Shown here in pieces: positions 8,955 through 20,202 of a stretch of 51,690 bases of DNA. The stretch comes from Minisyncoccia bacterium. GTDB lineage: Bacteria; Patescibacteriota; Minisyncoccia; Phycocordibacterales; UBA918. Position numbers and translations under genes: made by a program. Location: the NCBI GenBank assembly GCA_964229335.1, contig CAXRCZ010000005.1, positions 1 through 51,690 on the forward strand. The letters run 5' to 3'. The notes beneath the pieces were generated by a model. That model was not told where the DNA came from and did no database searches. It saw only the letters and a list, made by a program, of their open reading frames with translations. Numbering within the stretch: the stretch's first letter is position 1; each line of letters begins with the position of its first letter.

Positions 8955-9981
8955 TACATCTGAGTGCGGTGGCGAAGGTATCTAGGTTGGCTTGCATGAG
9001 ACTTAGATAATCTTCTCCGCTCGGTACATTATACGCTATTGGACTAATACTAAGCGTCTGCAGCCCAGTCTCGCGAGCGAGTGTCTCTCCATAAGCGGTT
9101 ACGCTATTTTGCTCAAGTAAGATCGCACCGATGCCTTCTTCGGCTTCGGCTCGTAGCTCAGCTAGAGTAGTGGCTGACGGTGTATCTTGCGTCGAGAGAC
9201 CAGTGATAGTATGGACGGTAAATTCATATCTATCTGCAACATACCCAAAGGCATCGTGTGAAATAATCACTTCATCTAGCTGACAATTAGCTAGTCGATT
9301 GGAATAATCAGTGTTTAGTGACATGAGTTCAGACATGAGTTGTTCGGCGTTACTACGATAAGTAGCCGCATTGTCTGGGTCTAGCTGCACAATTTCTTCA
9401 GTTAGATGCTCGACAGTTTCGCTGAATAAAACCGGGTCTAACCAGGTATGAGGGTCGAGCGCACCATGGTCGTGGTCATCGTGAACGTCTTCATGTTCAT
9501 GCTTTTCTTCCTCGTGCCCATGCTCACGCTTTTCATATTCCTCATGTTCATGCTCGTCATGATTTTCTTCGTGCTGGTGTTCATCACCATGTTCATGCTT
9601 ATGCTCATTTTCACCTAATGAAATGTCAGCTGTGGCAATAATGACCGGCACCCCTTCAGATTCTAGCTGAGCCTTGACGCTATCGCTCCACGGCTCAAAC
9701 TCAGCTCCTTGTAGTACCACCACGTCAGCTGACTGTAGCGCTAGTATGTCTCTGGTGGTTGGCTCAAAGTCATGCGGATCTTTATTAGCACCGATATTAG
9801 TTACTCTACCCAAATCACCAGTAATTCGCTCTAGCGCAAATTCCAATGGATAAAATGAAGTTGCTACCTGTAATCCCTCACTACTGTCAGTGCTGTCAGT
9901 ATTATTCTGCGCCATAGCTAGCGCGATTAAGCCGCCGATTACCATAACTCCGATTATTACTCCAATAATTGTTTTACTCAT
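8947..9981 (-). CDS. znuA: Zn ABC transporter substrate-binding protein with long His/Glu-rich loop
   Basis: DPHDFEP, DPHTWLDP, HDAFGY; start MSKTII at 9981. Confidence 0.92.
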   Translation of the reverse strand: MSKTIIGVIIGVMVIGGLIALAMAQNNTDSTDSSEGLQVATSFYPLEFALERITGDLGRVTNIGANKDPHDFEPTTRDILALQSADVVVLQGAEFEPWSDSVKAQLESEGVPVIIATADISLGENEHKHEHGDEHQHEENHDEHEHEEYEKREHGHEEEKHEHEDVHDDHDHGALDPHTWLDPVLFSETVEHLTEEIVQLDPDNAATYRSNAEQLMSELMSLNTDYSNRLANCQLDEVIISHDAFGYVADRYEFTVHTITGLSTQDTPSATTLAELRAEAEEGIGAILLEQNSVTAYGETLARETGLQTLSISPIAYNVPSGEDYLSLMQANLDTFATALRCNE

Positions 9982-10006
9982 ATTCACTAATTACTATATA
10001 AATTAA

Positions 10007-10021
10007 TGCAACTTGCTTGCA
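10007..10021. promoter_or_regulatory. Candidate Zur operator 1 (TGCAA-N5-TTGCA)
   Basis: Inverted repeat tgcaacttgcttgca between divergent znuA and zur. Confidence 0.6.
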
Positions 10022-10067
10022 ATAATATTTAGATAGTATAAACAGAATGTTGCAAGAGTCAAGTAAA

Positions 10068-10082
10068 CGCAAGTTACTTGCA
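10068..10082. promoter_or_regulatory. Candidate Zur operator 2 (CGCAA-N5-TTGCA)
   Basis: cgcaagttacttgca containing the perfect palindrome GCAAGT-T-ACTTGC; same geometry as operator 1. Confidence 0.55.
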
Positions 10083-10117
10083 GTAGTATTATATACCGTG
10101 TACAATACAATCATCAT

Positions 10118-10561
10118 ATGTCAAAACCTCACTTACATCAGGAAGCTGCTAAGTCCACTCTTCGCGAGGCGGGGTTTCGAGCAACCACCGCGCGAATAGC
10201 GGTTCTCCAGTTACTAGACAGAGCCACTCGACCACTCGGTATAAAAGAAATTGCCAGCAAGCTTGCTAAAGAAGCCCAGATAGGGACCCCTGATCAGGCA
10301 ACTTTGTACCGAATGCTACATGATTTTGTAAACAAAGGATTAGTACACAGCCTAGACCTACGTCATGGATACGCCTGCTACGAAATCGCCGCCAGAGACC
10401 ACCATCACCACATCGTTTGTGAGGAATGTGGGGTTATATCTGATATTGATTGCAAGCTAGCAAAAATTGAAAAAGAGTCATTAAAAAACAGCGGCTTTGC
10501 CACTATCAACCAACATTCCTTGGAATTCTTTGGTGTATGTAACGACTGCGTTCGCTTGTAA
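10118..10561 (+). CDS. zur: Fur-family regulator, probably Zur
   Basis: R.T.AR..VL, ATLYRML, HHHHIVCEECG, FFGVCNDC; divergent from znuABC. Confidence 0.85.
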   Translation: MSKPHLHQEAAKSTLREAGFRATTARIAVLQLLDRATRPLGIKEIASKLAKEAQIGTPDQATLYRMLHDFVNKGLVHSLDLRHGYACYEIAARDHHHHIVCEECGVISDIDCKLAKIEKESLKNSGFATINQHSLEFFGVCNDCVRL

Positions 10562-10568
10562 ATTTACT

Positions 10569-10740
10569 GCGGAGAGTGAGGGATTCGGTCAGGAATAAAT
10601 TTCTCAGAAATTTTTCACGACCCTGACTCGCTGACAAGCCCTCTCTTCGTTCGTCTTGTGTACCAGCTCCGTCTTTCGAATCCCTCACTCTCGCGCTCGC
10701 GCAAGCGAAAAAAGTCCTTTCGGACTTGTTTCGGTGCTCG
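10569..10740 (-). repeat. tRNA-Ser 3'-associated element: direct and inverted copies of the tRNA 3' end enclosing hairpins
   Basis: gcggagagtgagggattcg at 10569-10587 equals 10740-10758; inverted 18-mer at 10675-10692; terminator-like hairpin at 10708-10727. Confidence 0.85.
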
Positions 10741-10827
10741 CGGAGAGTGAGGGATTCGAACCCTCGATACGGTTTCCCGTATACATCCTTTCCAAGGATG
10801 CGCGATCGACCACTCTGCCAACTCTCC
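10741..10827 (-). tRNA. tRNA-Ser(GGA)
   Basis: GGAGAGT acceptor stem, CATCC-TT-GGA-AA-GGATG anticodon arm, long variable arm, GGTTCGAATCC; no encoded CCA. Confidence 0.96.
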
Positions 10828-10878
10828 AACTCTTTCGCTACGGAGTAGATTATACAGAAAAAAGTATCTAGTACTACC

Positions 10879-11397
10879 TTATTCAAATCCTCCAGTTACC
10901 CAACTAAACTCCGCTTGCCAATTTCGAGTTGGACAGCTCCAGCCAGGACTATTGGGATGGGGTGCTGTACCTGCTGTATCGGTAGACCTAATTCCTATGA
11001 CATAGAACGGTCTGTCACAACCATTATAATTCGCTGGATAACGATAGTACGCGTAGTTGCCACACACACCTTCAAGGCTGGAGTCTGGGTCACTGAGACC
11101 AGTCTGCAGCGCTCCATCAGCCACCAGACCGGCCACAAAGCTAGTCGGGTTGGAACCGCTAGTTTCCCAACCACCACACCCAGAATTATTCGAGCTAGGA
11201 TAAGTATTGTTATTGACACGATACAGCTCCAGTGCAGTTATCAGCGTGCGCATTTCAGAAATTCTGGCAGCATCTCTGGCTGCTCCACGTGCGTCAGTCA
11301 AAGATGCAAGAACGACAGATGAGAGGATGCCGATAATGGCAATAACTACTAAAAGTTCGATTAAAGTGAAGCCGTTGTTACGATTTGCAACCAACAT
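10879..11397 (-). CDS. Type IV pilin / GspG-like pseudopilin
   Basis: Prepilin site G|FTLIELLVVIAIIGIL, ARDAARISE, LELY....YP. Confidence 0.9.
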   Translation of the reverse strand: MLVANRNNGFTLIELLVVIAIIGILSSVVLASLTDARGAARDAARISEMRTLITALELYRVNNNTYPSSNNSGCGGWETSGSNPTSFVAGLVADGALQTGLSDPDSSLEGVCGNYAYYRYPANYNGCDRPFYVIGIRSTDTAGTAPHPNSPGWSCPTRNWQAEFSWVTGGFE

Positions 11398-11651
11398 TAT
11401 CGGTCTTGCTGGTTATTGATAATCTGGTTGATTTGTTGGTCAGACAGATTCGTCGCATTGGAGCCGCTGGAATTGAAAAGATAGATGGCAATCGCGATAA
11501 GGGCTGCGCAAAAAAGTAATAGGAAGATACTGGCTTGCTTATCAGTCTGAATTAAACCGCCCGAAAGTTTCTGAACCAAAGTAAATAATCCCGATTTCTT
11601 TGGACGGGCTCGGTAAGAGACTGTTTGCTCATCTTCAAAAGTTACAGACAT
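11397..11651 (-). CDS. Small membrane protein, translationally coupled to the pilin
   Basis: 84 aa with one TM helix; stop overlaps the pilin ATG. Confidence 0.7.
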   Translation of the reverse strand: MSVTFEDEQTVSYRARPKKSGLFTLVQKLSGGLIQTDKQASIFLLLFCAALIAIAIYLFNSSGSNATNLSDQQINQIINNQQDR

Positions 11652-11708
11652 GTTTTAATAATACTCTTATTAAGATGGGTTGGAGAAAAATTTATTCACA
11701 ACTATGCC

Positions 11709-12608
11709 CTAGTTCATGCCGCGCAGAATACGGATTCGGTCTTCTGCTGGAGGGTGAGTTTGGAACATACCAGAAAGCTTTTGTTTAAACGAGCGTTGGC
11801 TACTACCAGCAAACGGGTCTGAAATAAATAAATGTGCGGTGGCAGTATTGGCTTTTTGCATTGGCCGAGCGTGGGCATTGATTTTCTCCAGCGCTGACGC
11901 CAGACCTTCTGGATAGCGAGTCAGTAGCGCGCCACTGGCGTCAGCTAGGTATTCTCGCTTGCGAGAAATGGCTAATTGAATTAATTGTGCAGCAATCGGG
12001 GCCAGAATAATACCAATGATTCCTAATACTAAAAACAATAGGCCTGCGCGGTTGTCTCTGTCTCCCCCTCCAAACATCATCGAGCGTAGGAATATATCCG
12101 CCAAGATAGCCACAAATCCAGCCAGCACTACCGCTACTGTCGAAACCAACATGTCACGATTGCCGATATGTGACAGCTCATGCGCCATTACTCCCTCTAG
12201 CTCAGTTTGATCAAGAATCTGCAGCAGACCGGTGGTAGCCGCCACTGCTGAGTGTTCCGGGTCTCGACCGGTAGCAAAGGCGTTTGGAGCGGGATCATCT
12301 ACAATATAAGTCTTTGGCATCGGTAGACCAGCGGTGATAGACAGGTTTTCGACTGTATTCCAGAGTACAGGATACGACTGTTTAGTGATTGGCTTGGCGC
12401 CAGTCATTTTGATTACTAGCTTGTCAGAAAACCAGTAACTTCCGACATTCATAACAATCGCAAAAAATACTGCAATGTAAAGAATGGTCGGATTACCCAT
12501 GAAGTACGCGGCGGTATACCCTAGAGCTATGACAATCGCCAAGAAAAACGCCATCAAAAACCACGTCTTTCTCACGTTTGCTCCCTGCTGTGTGTAAATA
12601 GATGCCAT
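11709..12608 (-). CDS. htpX: Membrane zinc metalloprotease HtpX (M48)
   Basis: PNAFATG, HELSH, SRKREYLAD, THPP; start MASIY at 12608. Confidence 0.95.
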   Translation of the reverse strand: MASIYTQQGANVRKTWFLMAFFLAIVIALGYTAAYFMGNPTILYIAVFFAIVMNVGSYWFSDKLVIKMTGAKPITKQSYPVLWNTVENLSITAGLPMPKTYIVDDPAPNAFATGRDPEHSAVAATTGLLQILDQTELEGVMAHELSHIGNRDMLVSTVAVVLAGFVAILADIFLRSMMFGGGDRDNRAGLLFLVLGIIGIILAPIAAQLIQLAISRKREYLADASGALLTRYPEGLASALEKINAHARPMQKANTATAHLFISDPFAGSSQRSFKQKLSGMFQTHPPAEDRIRILRGMN

Positions 12609-12644
12609 AATATTAATAATATACAATCTTATATTGAATGAGGA

Positions 12645-12669
12645 AAGTCGGGCGCAGCGCGCCCGACTT
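12645..12669 (-). terminator. Hairpin/terminator after the NUDIX gene
   Basis: aagtcgggcgc-agc-gcgcccgactt, short T-tract on the minus strand. Confidence 0.6.
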
Positions 12670-13172
12670 CACAGAAGTGCATCCGACAAAGGTTCAATTT
12701 CTACCGGCCTCAATAGTACCCGCTGTTTTGGTCCATACCAAGCTTGAACATGGAGGGTTTCTCCGTCCAATACTCGAGGTAACCAAGCTTGATCAGCTGG
12801 CATTAGTCGGTCTACCGGCAGTTCCTTGATATCGAACCAGTTGGGCTCTTTCATTTCAGAAGTAGCGACCGGCTCTCCTTCCCAGGAACTTACCAAGAAG
12901 GTATGCACACGGCAGACAAAGGTTTCTCCTTGTTCTGTCAGGTTATGCATATCAAGAACAGCAACTTTTTTGATGTAGTCAGGGTCAGCCACCACACCAG
13001 ACTCTTCTTCTAGCTCGCGCAGCAAAGCTTGGAGAAGAGTTTCTTCTTCCTTGATACCACCGCCATAGCCATTGAGGCAACCAGCACCTATATGGCGCGT
13101 TTTGTGCGCCAACATAATCTTATCCTGCTTAATTAGGAAGCCGAGGGTGGCTTCTTTTAGAATCTTCTCCAT
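12669..13172 (-). CDS. NUDIX hydrolase (MutT/NUDT1-like 8-oxo-dGTPase)
   Basis: Nudix box GGGIKEEETLLQALLRELEEESG, EM.P.WF, MPAD..WLP; AAGGAGG SD. Confidence 0.88.
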   Translation of the reverse strand: MEKILKEATLGFLIKQDKIMLAHKTRHIGAGCLNGYGGGIKEEETLLQALLRELEEESGVVADPDYIKKVAVLDMHNLTEQGETFVCRVHTFLVSSWEGEPVATSEMKEPNWFDIKELPVDRLMPADQAWLPRVLDGETLHVQAWYGPKQRVLLRPVEIEPLSDALL

Positions 13173-13217
13173 GCCAACCTCCTTTCAAAGTTGTTCTATA
13201 TTCAGTATATCACTGAT

Positions 13218-13796
13218 TTAGAAATTAACCTTGACTGGTTCTCGTTCGACACTTTTTTCTTCTAGCTCGAAGTATGGCTCGCTCTTGAAGTTAAAAGTCT
13301 TTCCTACAATATTAGATGGGAAGGCCTCAAGTGCGATATTAAGGTCACGCACGTTTGTGTTGTAGAAGCGTCGAGCGGCTTGAATCTTATTCTCAGTATC
13401 TGATAGTTCACGCTGTAGCTCAAGGAAGTTAGTGTTTGCCTTGAGATCAGGATAATTTTCAGCAATTGCAATCAGTCGTCCAAGAGCTCCGGTCAAAGCT
13501 GATTCGGCGCCAGCCATGGCTGAAATTTGTTCTGGTGTGACGTTACTCGGGTCTACGTGGGTCTGAGTAGCGGTAGTACGGGCTTCGGTCACACTTTCAA
13601 GTGTTTCGCGTTCGTGCGCAGCGTAGCCTTTGACGGTTTCAATCAAGTTGGGAATTAGGTCATAGCGGCGTTTTAGCTGTACATCAATATCAGCCCAAGC
13701 TTCTTTAGCTCGTTGTACTAAGGCCACAAATTTGTTGTAGAGATAGATAAAATAAAGCACTATCGCTACTACAACTCCAATTAAAATCCATTCCAT
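13218..13796 (-). CDS. lemA: LemA family protein
   Basis: YN.FV, WADIDVQLKRRYDLIPNL, ENYPDLKAN, ARRFYN, FPSN. Confidence 0.96.
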   Translation of the reverse strand: MEWILIGVVVAIVLYFIYLYNKFVALVQRAKEAWADIDVQLKRRYDLIPNLIETVKGYAAHERETLESVTEARTTATQTHVDPSNVTPEQISAMAGAESALTGALGRLIAIAENYPDLKANTNFLELQRELSDTENKIQAARRFYNTNVRDLNIALEAFPSNIVGKTFNFKSEPYFELEEKSVEREPVKVNF

Positions 13797-13920
13797 ATAT
13801 TTATATTATTTCGTTAGCTTGGTGATTATACCACAAAAAACGCTGATAAAGCGTGCTTGTCATTTAAAAATGATTGAAGATTTTCTAACACGCTTGTAAT
13901 TACTACCGAACGATACAAAC

Positions 13921-13954
13921 GAAGACGACATGGTCCTAGGACCATGTCGTCTTC
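13921..13954. repeat. Perfect 34-bp palindrome downstream of groEL (terminator or REP-like)
   Basis: gaagacgacatggtcct|aggaccatgtcgtcttc; no adjacent T-tract. Confidence 0.7.
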
Positions 13955-13997
13955 TGAGTGAGTGAAGGTAGCAAGAAATTAAATTTACTTTAATTTC

Positions 13998-15987
<1,990 letters not shown>

Positions 15988-16190
15988 TTTGTTTTGATTT
16001 ACGTAATAATAAAGATAGAAAATATATATTTAATTATATAATTAAATATATAATTATGTACAAATTCATTTGCAACGCACCTGTATACTTACCTTGTTGC
16101 TCGCGTATTCTATAAAAAATTCTCCAACGGTGCAAAATGACTCATAATTCCCCTTGCTAACTGGTTATTCTTTTGGTATTCTCTTTCGGC

Positions 16191-16430
16191 ATGAATCTTA
16201 TTGACTCAGTGCTACCAGCACTACCCTACATCCAAATAATTCTCGCTATTCTATTGGTAACTGCAATTTTGCTGCAGCAACGTGGATCGAGTTTAGGCGG
16301 AGCCTTTGGTGGCGACAATCACAGCTCTGCGTTTCGACAGCGACGTGGCTCGGAGCTATTCCTATTTAAATTTACTGTCGGAATCAGTATTTTGTTTGTT
16401 ATATCAGCAATCTTGGCAATTGTAGGCTAA
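16191..16430 (+). CDS. secG: Preprotein translocase subunit SecG
   Basis: ILLQQRGSSLGGAFGG...RRG.E between two TM helices; promoter TTGCTA-17-TATTCT just before ATG 16191. Confidence 0.9.
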   Translation: MNLIDSVLPALPYIQIILAILLVTAILLQQRGSSLGGAFGGDNHSSAFRQRRGSELFLFKFTVGISILFVISAILAIVG

Positions 16431-16481
16431 CTTGTCATTACTCGTGCAAAGCAATTTGCACACTAGAACCATAGCAACCCT

Positions 16482-18224
16482 ATGAAACCATCACGAAATT
16501 TCGTTAAACGATACGTCGACGCTTTTTTTACGCGGATGGAAAGTACCCGAACCAGTGACCGTTGGTTACTGCGCGGACTTTTCTTTATAGTGATTTTAAG
16601 CGGAGTTTTTTCTCTCTATCAATTTAATACCAAATACTCTGTCGTGACCCCGGTACAAGGTGGCGAGCTGCGTGAAGGTATTATCGGGACTCCTCGATTT
16701 GTGAATCCCACCTTGGCTATTACTCGGGCTGATCAAGATGCTACTGCTTTGATTTACAGCGGCTTAATGAAAATTGATGAGAATGGTGATCTAGTGCCAG
16801 ATATAGCCGAGTCTATGACTATCTCTGACGATGGTCGCACATATAATATTACCTTGCGTCGAGATGTTACCTTTCACGATGGTATGCCTCTGACGGCTAG
16901 AGACGTGATTTACACTATATCTTTAATTCAAGACCCTGACTTAAAAAGTCCACTGCGAGGCAACTGGAGCGATGTGGCGGTTGAACAAGTGAATGAATAC
17001 GAGCTTAATATCATTCTAGAAGAAGCCTATGCACCATTTGTAGAAAATCTATTAGTAGGTATTCTACCAACCCATTTGTGGAGTGTTTTACCAATTGAGC
17101 AAATACCGTTTAGTCAGCTGAATACTGAACCGATTGGCTCTGGACCATTCATGATTGAGAGAGTGAGTCGTGATGCGTCAGGCATTATTACTGGCTACCA
17201 CCTAGACGCCTTTCGTGACCGAGACAAATCTGCCAATATTGATAGCGTCATCTTACAGTTTTATAGAGAAGAATCGGCTTTGATTGCTGATTTAGAACAA
17301 AACCTAATCGATGCTAGTGCCTACGTTTCTAATGAAGCACTAAATGACCTGTTGGACAGAGGCCAATACAAATTACTAACAGAACCGCTGCCACGGATTT
17401 TTGCCGTATTCTTTAACCAGAACCGGTCTGCAGTGGTGCGTGACGACGCGGTAAGAAACGCCTTGTCAGTAGCCATTGATCGCGAAGCTTTAATAGCTGA
17501 AGCTTTATCTGGTTATGGTGTCCCCACATTTTTACCTACCACCTTCAGTTCAAGTACTGTAGAATTACAGAACGACTTCGACACTAGTCTCGGGGATAGA
17601 CAAACAGCCGCCAGCACAATACTCACCGAAGCAGGATGGGAGCAAAATGAGCTCGGGCTATGGGAAAAAGAGATTGATGGCTCAAATGAAGTACTCAGTA
17701 TCACCATCAAAACCAGCAATGTTCCGCTTTTTGACCAAACTGTCCAATTTGTGGCTGGTGAATGGGAAAAGATTGGCGTCGAAGTAAGTATCGAACAGTA
17801 CGAGCAGTCGGACTTGGTACAATCAGTTATTCGTCCACGTAGTTTTGAAGGTCTATTATTTGGATTAGAGATGAGCCGCGCCACTGACCTATATCCATTT
17901 TGGCACTCTTCTCAGCGAGACGACCCTGGACTTAACATTGCTGAGTACACCAACCTAGCAGTGGACGCCTTCTTAGAGAGCGCGCGCAGTGAGACAAACG
18001 AAGAGGTTCACATGGAAACAGAACTCGAAGCAGGTATAATTATTGCCAACGAGCAACCAGCTGTCTTCTTGTTCCAGCCGCAACTGACGTATCTAATTAG
18101 AGAAGACATCGTCGCCAAACCACTTACCGGTAGTGCACGAGTGTCAGACAGATTTAGCAACAGTGCTGAGTGGTATACCAGAACAGATAGTTTATGGGGA
18201 TTATTTAGACAAGAAACCAATTGA
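16482..18224 (+). CDS. Peptide ABC transporter substrate-binding protein (family 5, OppA/DppA-like)
   Basis: IYSGL...G.LVPDIAES..ISDDG.TY...LR....FHDG.PLTA.DV; PIGSGPF; no adjacent permeases. Confidence 0.9.
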   Translation: MKPSRNFVKRYVDAFFTRMESTRTSDRWLLRGLFFIVILSGVFSLYQFNTKYSVVTPVQGGELREGIIGTPRFVNPTLAITRADQDATALIYSGLMKIDENGDLVPDIAESMTISDDGRTYNITLRRDVTFHDGMPLTARDVIYTISLIQDPDLKSPLRGNWSDVAVEQVNEYELNIILEEAYAPFVENLLVGILPTHLWSVLPIEQIPFSQLNTEPIGSGPFMIERVSRDASGIITGYHLDAFRDRDKSANIDSVILQFYREESALIADLEQNLIDASAYVSNEALNDLLDRGQYKLLTEPLPRIFAVFFNQNRSAVVRDDAVRNALSVAIDREALIAEALSGYGVPTFLPTTFSSSTVELQNDFDTSLGDRQTAASTILTEAGWEQNELGLWEKEIDGSNEVLSITIKTSNVPLFDQTVQFVAGEWEKIGVEVSIEQYEQSDLVQSVIRPRSFEGLLFGLEMSRATDLYPFWHSSQRDDPGLNIAEYTNLAVDAFLESARSETNEEVHMETELEAGIIIANEQPAVFLFQPQLTYLIREDIVAKPLTGSARVSDRFSNSAEWYTRTDSLWGLFRQETN

Positions 18225-18244
18225 TATAACATTATTTACTATTT

Positions 18245-20197
18245 ATGAACGAAAAAACACAATCAAATAATCAAGGTAATCGTCGCTACGGACAACGACC
18301 AAAAGGACCTCGCACCCGAACCGGTAACGCACCAACCAAAAAGACATCTGCGCCGCGAAGAGGTAGAAATAATGGACGAAACGCAAACTCCCGAAACAAT
18401 AGTAAAGGTAAGCGTCCGTCTAGACGTCCGATGATGAAGCGTCGACCAAATAAGGCACCGGCTCTAACTCATCGACTCAACACTACCGACAAAAGAGATC
18501 CCGTTATCCCTGAAATTACTGACGAAGATACAGTTCGTATTATTCCTGTATCTGGAGTTGAAGAAATTGGTCGAAACATGAACATTATTGAAACCAAAGA
18601 CGACATTATTGTGGTCGACGCTGGCTTTCAGTTTGTGTCTGAAGAAGCTAATGCTCCGGGTATCGACTACATCCTACCTAACACACAGTATTTAGAAGAA
18701 CGTAAACACAAGATTCGAGCGCTGGTGGTAACCCACGGTCACCTCGACCACATCGGAGGTATTCCTTTTATTCTTGAGAGAATTGGCAATCCACCAATCT
18801 ATACGCAGTACCTTACTTCCCTAATGATTCTCAAACGACAAGAAGAATTTCCTCAGATGGATAAAGTCTCAATGAATGTAATTAAAGAGGGAGAATCATT
18901 CACCGTCGGAAAAACAACTGTGAAGACTTTCCCAGTTACTCACTCTATTCCAGACGCAATGGGTGTGGCGGTAGAAACTAAACACGGAGACGTGGTAGTA
19001 ACTGGTGACATCAAACTAATAAACGTTGACGGTAAAGTAGTAGTGGAAGAACAAGACCAGTGGCGCAAGGTCGGTGAGGGTAATAACTTGGCTCTCCTTT
19101 GTGATTCAACGAACGCTGATCGCGAGGGTTGGTCTGCGTCTGAAAGCAAAGTGTATGAGACGCTTGAAAACATTATCAAAACCGCCAGCGGCCGATTGAT
19201 AATTGGTACCTTCGCTTCGCAATTTGACCGCCTTACTAACATCATCAAAACCTGTGAAGAAATGGGTAAGAAGGTGGTTCTGGAGGGTCGAAGCATGAAA
19301 ACCAACGTAGAAATCGCTATCCAAGCTGAATTATTTAAAGTTTCTCCTAACACTTTTATTACCCCGGCCAATATGGGTGATTATCCTAATGACAAGATTG
19401 TGGTCTTGAGTACTGGTGCTCAAGGAGAAAAGTTCGCTGCTCTGATGAGAATGGCAACTGATAAACACAAGTTCATCACCTTAACCGAACGAGATACAGT
19501 AGTACTCTCTTCATCAGTTATTCCTGGTAACGAGATTGCGGTACAGATTCTTAAAGACAATATTTACCGTAAAAACGTAAAAGTGGTTAACTACAAAAGT
19601 TCCCACGTCCACTCTTCAGGACACGGTAATGCTGCTGAACTGATTTGGGTGAACCAAACAGTCAAACCAAACTTCTTAATTCCGGTTCACGGACACCATT
19701 TCCAACTCAAGAGCCATATGTATGCTGCTGTCGAAAATGGATTCCCTCGTGAAAATATCGCAGTTCCCGATAATGGAACCATTATCGATATCAAGAATGG
19801 TACAGAGATGACTGTTCAACCTATGAAGATTCCTACAGAATTGGTGATGGTTGACGGTTTCAACGTTGGAGCCAAGCAAGAGGTGGTATTGCGCGATCGC
19901 GAAACCATGGCCAACGACGGAATGTTTGTGATTATCGCAACCGTAAATAGCAAGACTGGTAAGTTACGAAAATCGCCGGACATTATCTCTCGTGGTTTTG
20001 TGTACCTACGTGAAAATCAACAACTTCTTTCAGAAGCTCGCGTACTCATAAAACGCACCGTTGAAAAGCAAACTCAGCACATGAACCCACTTGATTTGGA
20101 AATTGTGAAAGACGAAGTCACTAATGCAGTGAGTGGATTCTTGCTACAAAAAACTCAAAAGACACCGATGGTGATACCTGTTTTGATTGGAGTATAA
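18245..20197 (+). CDS. rnj: Ribonuclease J with Arg/Asn-rich N-terminal extension
   Basis: EIGRNM, THGHLDHIG, HSIPD, DSTNA, HSSGH, PVHG, PDIISRGFVY. Confidence 0.96.
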   Translation: MNEKTQSNNQGNRRYGQRPKGPRTRTGNAPTKKTSAPRRGRNNGRNANSRNNSKGKRPSRRPMMKRRPNKAPALTHRLNTTDKRDPVIPEITDEDTVRIIPVSGVEEIGRNMNIIETKDDIIVVDAGFQFVSEEANAPGIDYILPNTQYLEERKHKIRALVVTHGHLDHIGGIPFILERIGNPPIYTQYLTSLMILKRQEEFPQMDKVSMNVIKEGESFTVGKTTVKTFPVTHSIPDAMGVAVETKHGDVVVTGDIKLINVDGKVVVEEQDQWRKVGEGNNLALLCDSTNADREGWSASESKVYETLENIIKTASGRLIIGTFASQFDRLTNIIKTCEEMGKKVVLEGRSMKTNVEIAIQAELFKVSPNTFITPANMGDYPNDKIVVLSTGAQGEKFAALMRMATDKHKFITLTERDTVVLSSSVIPGNEIAVQILKDNIYRKNVKVVNYKSSHVHSSGHGNAAELIWVNQTVKPNFLIPVHGHHFQLKSHMYAAVENGFPRENIAVPDNGTIIDIKNGTEMTVQPMKIPTELVMVDGFNVGAKQEVVLRDRETMANDGMFVIIATVNSKTGKLRKSPDIISRGFVYLRENQQLLSEARVLIKRTVEKQTQHMNPLDLEIVKDEVTNAVSGFLLQKTQKTPMVIPVLIGV

Positions 20198-20202
20198 ATT
20201 AA

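Noticed and set aside
9465-9610. Repetitive CAT/GAA-rich tract
   Set aside because: It encodes the ordinary His/Glu-rich loop of ZnuA.
10569-10758. Prophage or integrative island bounded by tRNA att repeats
   Set aside because: The repeats enclose only about 150 bp here and about 125 bp at tRNA-Trp, with no integrase; reported as miniature elements instead.
10506-10886. ORFs overlapping tRNA-Ser (and similar ORFs over tRNA-Leu and tRNA-Trp)
   Set aside because: Shadow frames across tRNA genes and their repeats.
12640-12669. GAGGAAAGTC resembling the RNase P RNA conserved region I
   Set aside because: It is part of a short hairpin at the NUDIX stop codon; there is no room for, or other motif of, an RNase P RNA.
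15988-16172. CIRCE/HrcA operator before groES
   Set aside because: No TTAGCACTC-N9-GAGTGCTAA match was seen.
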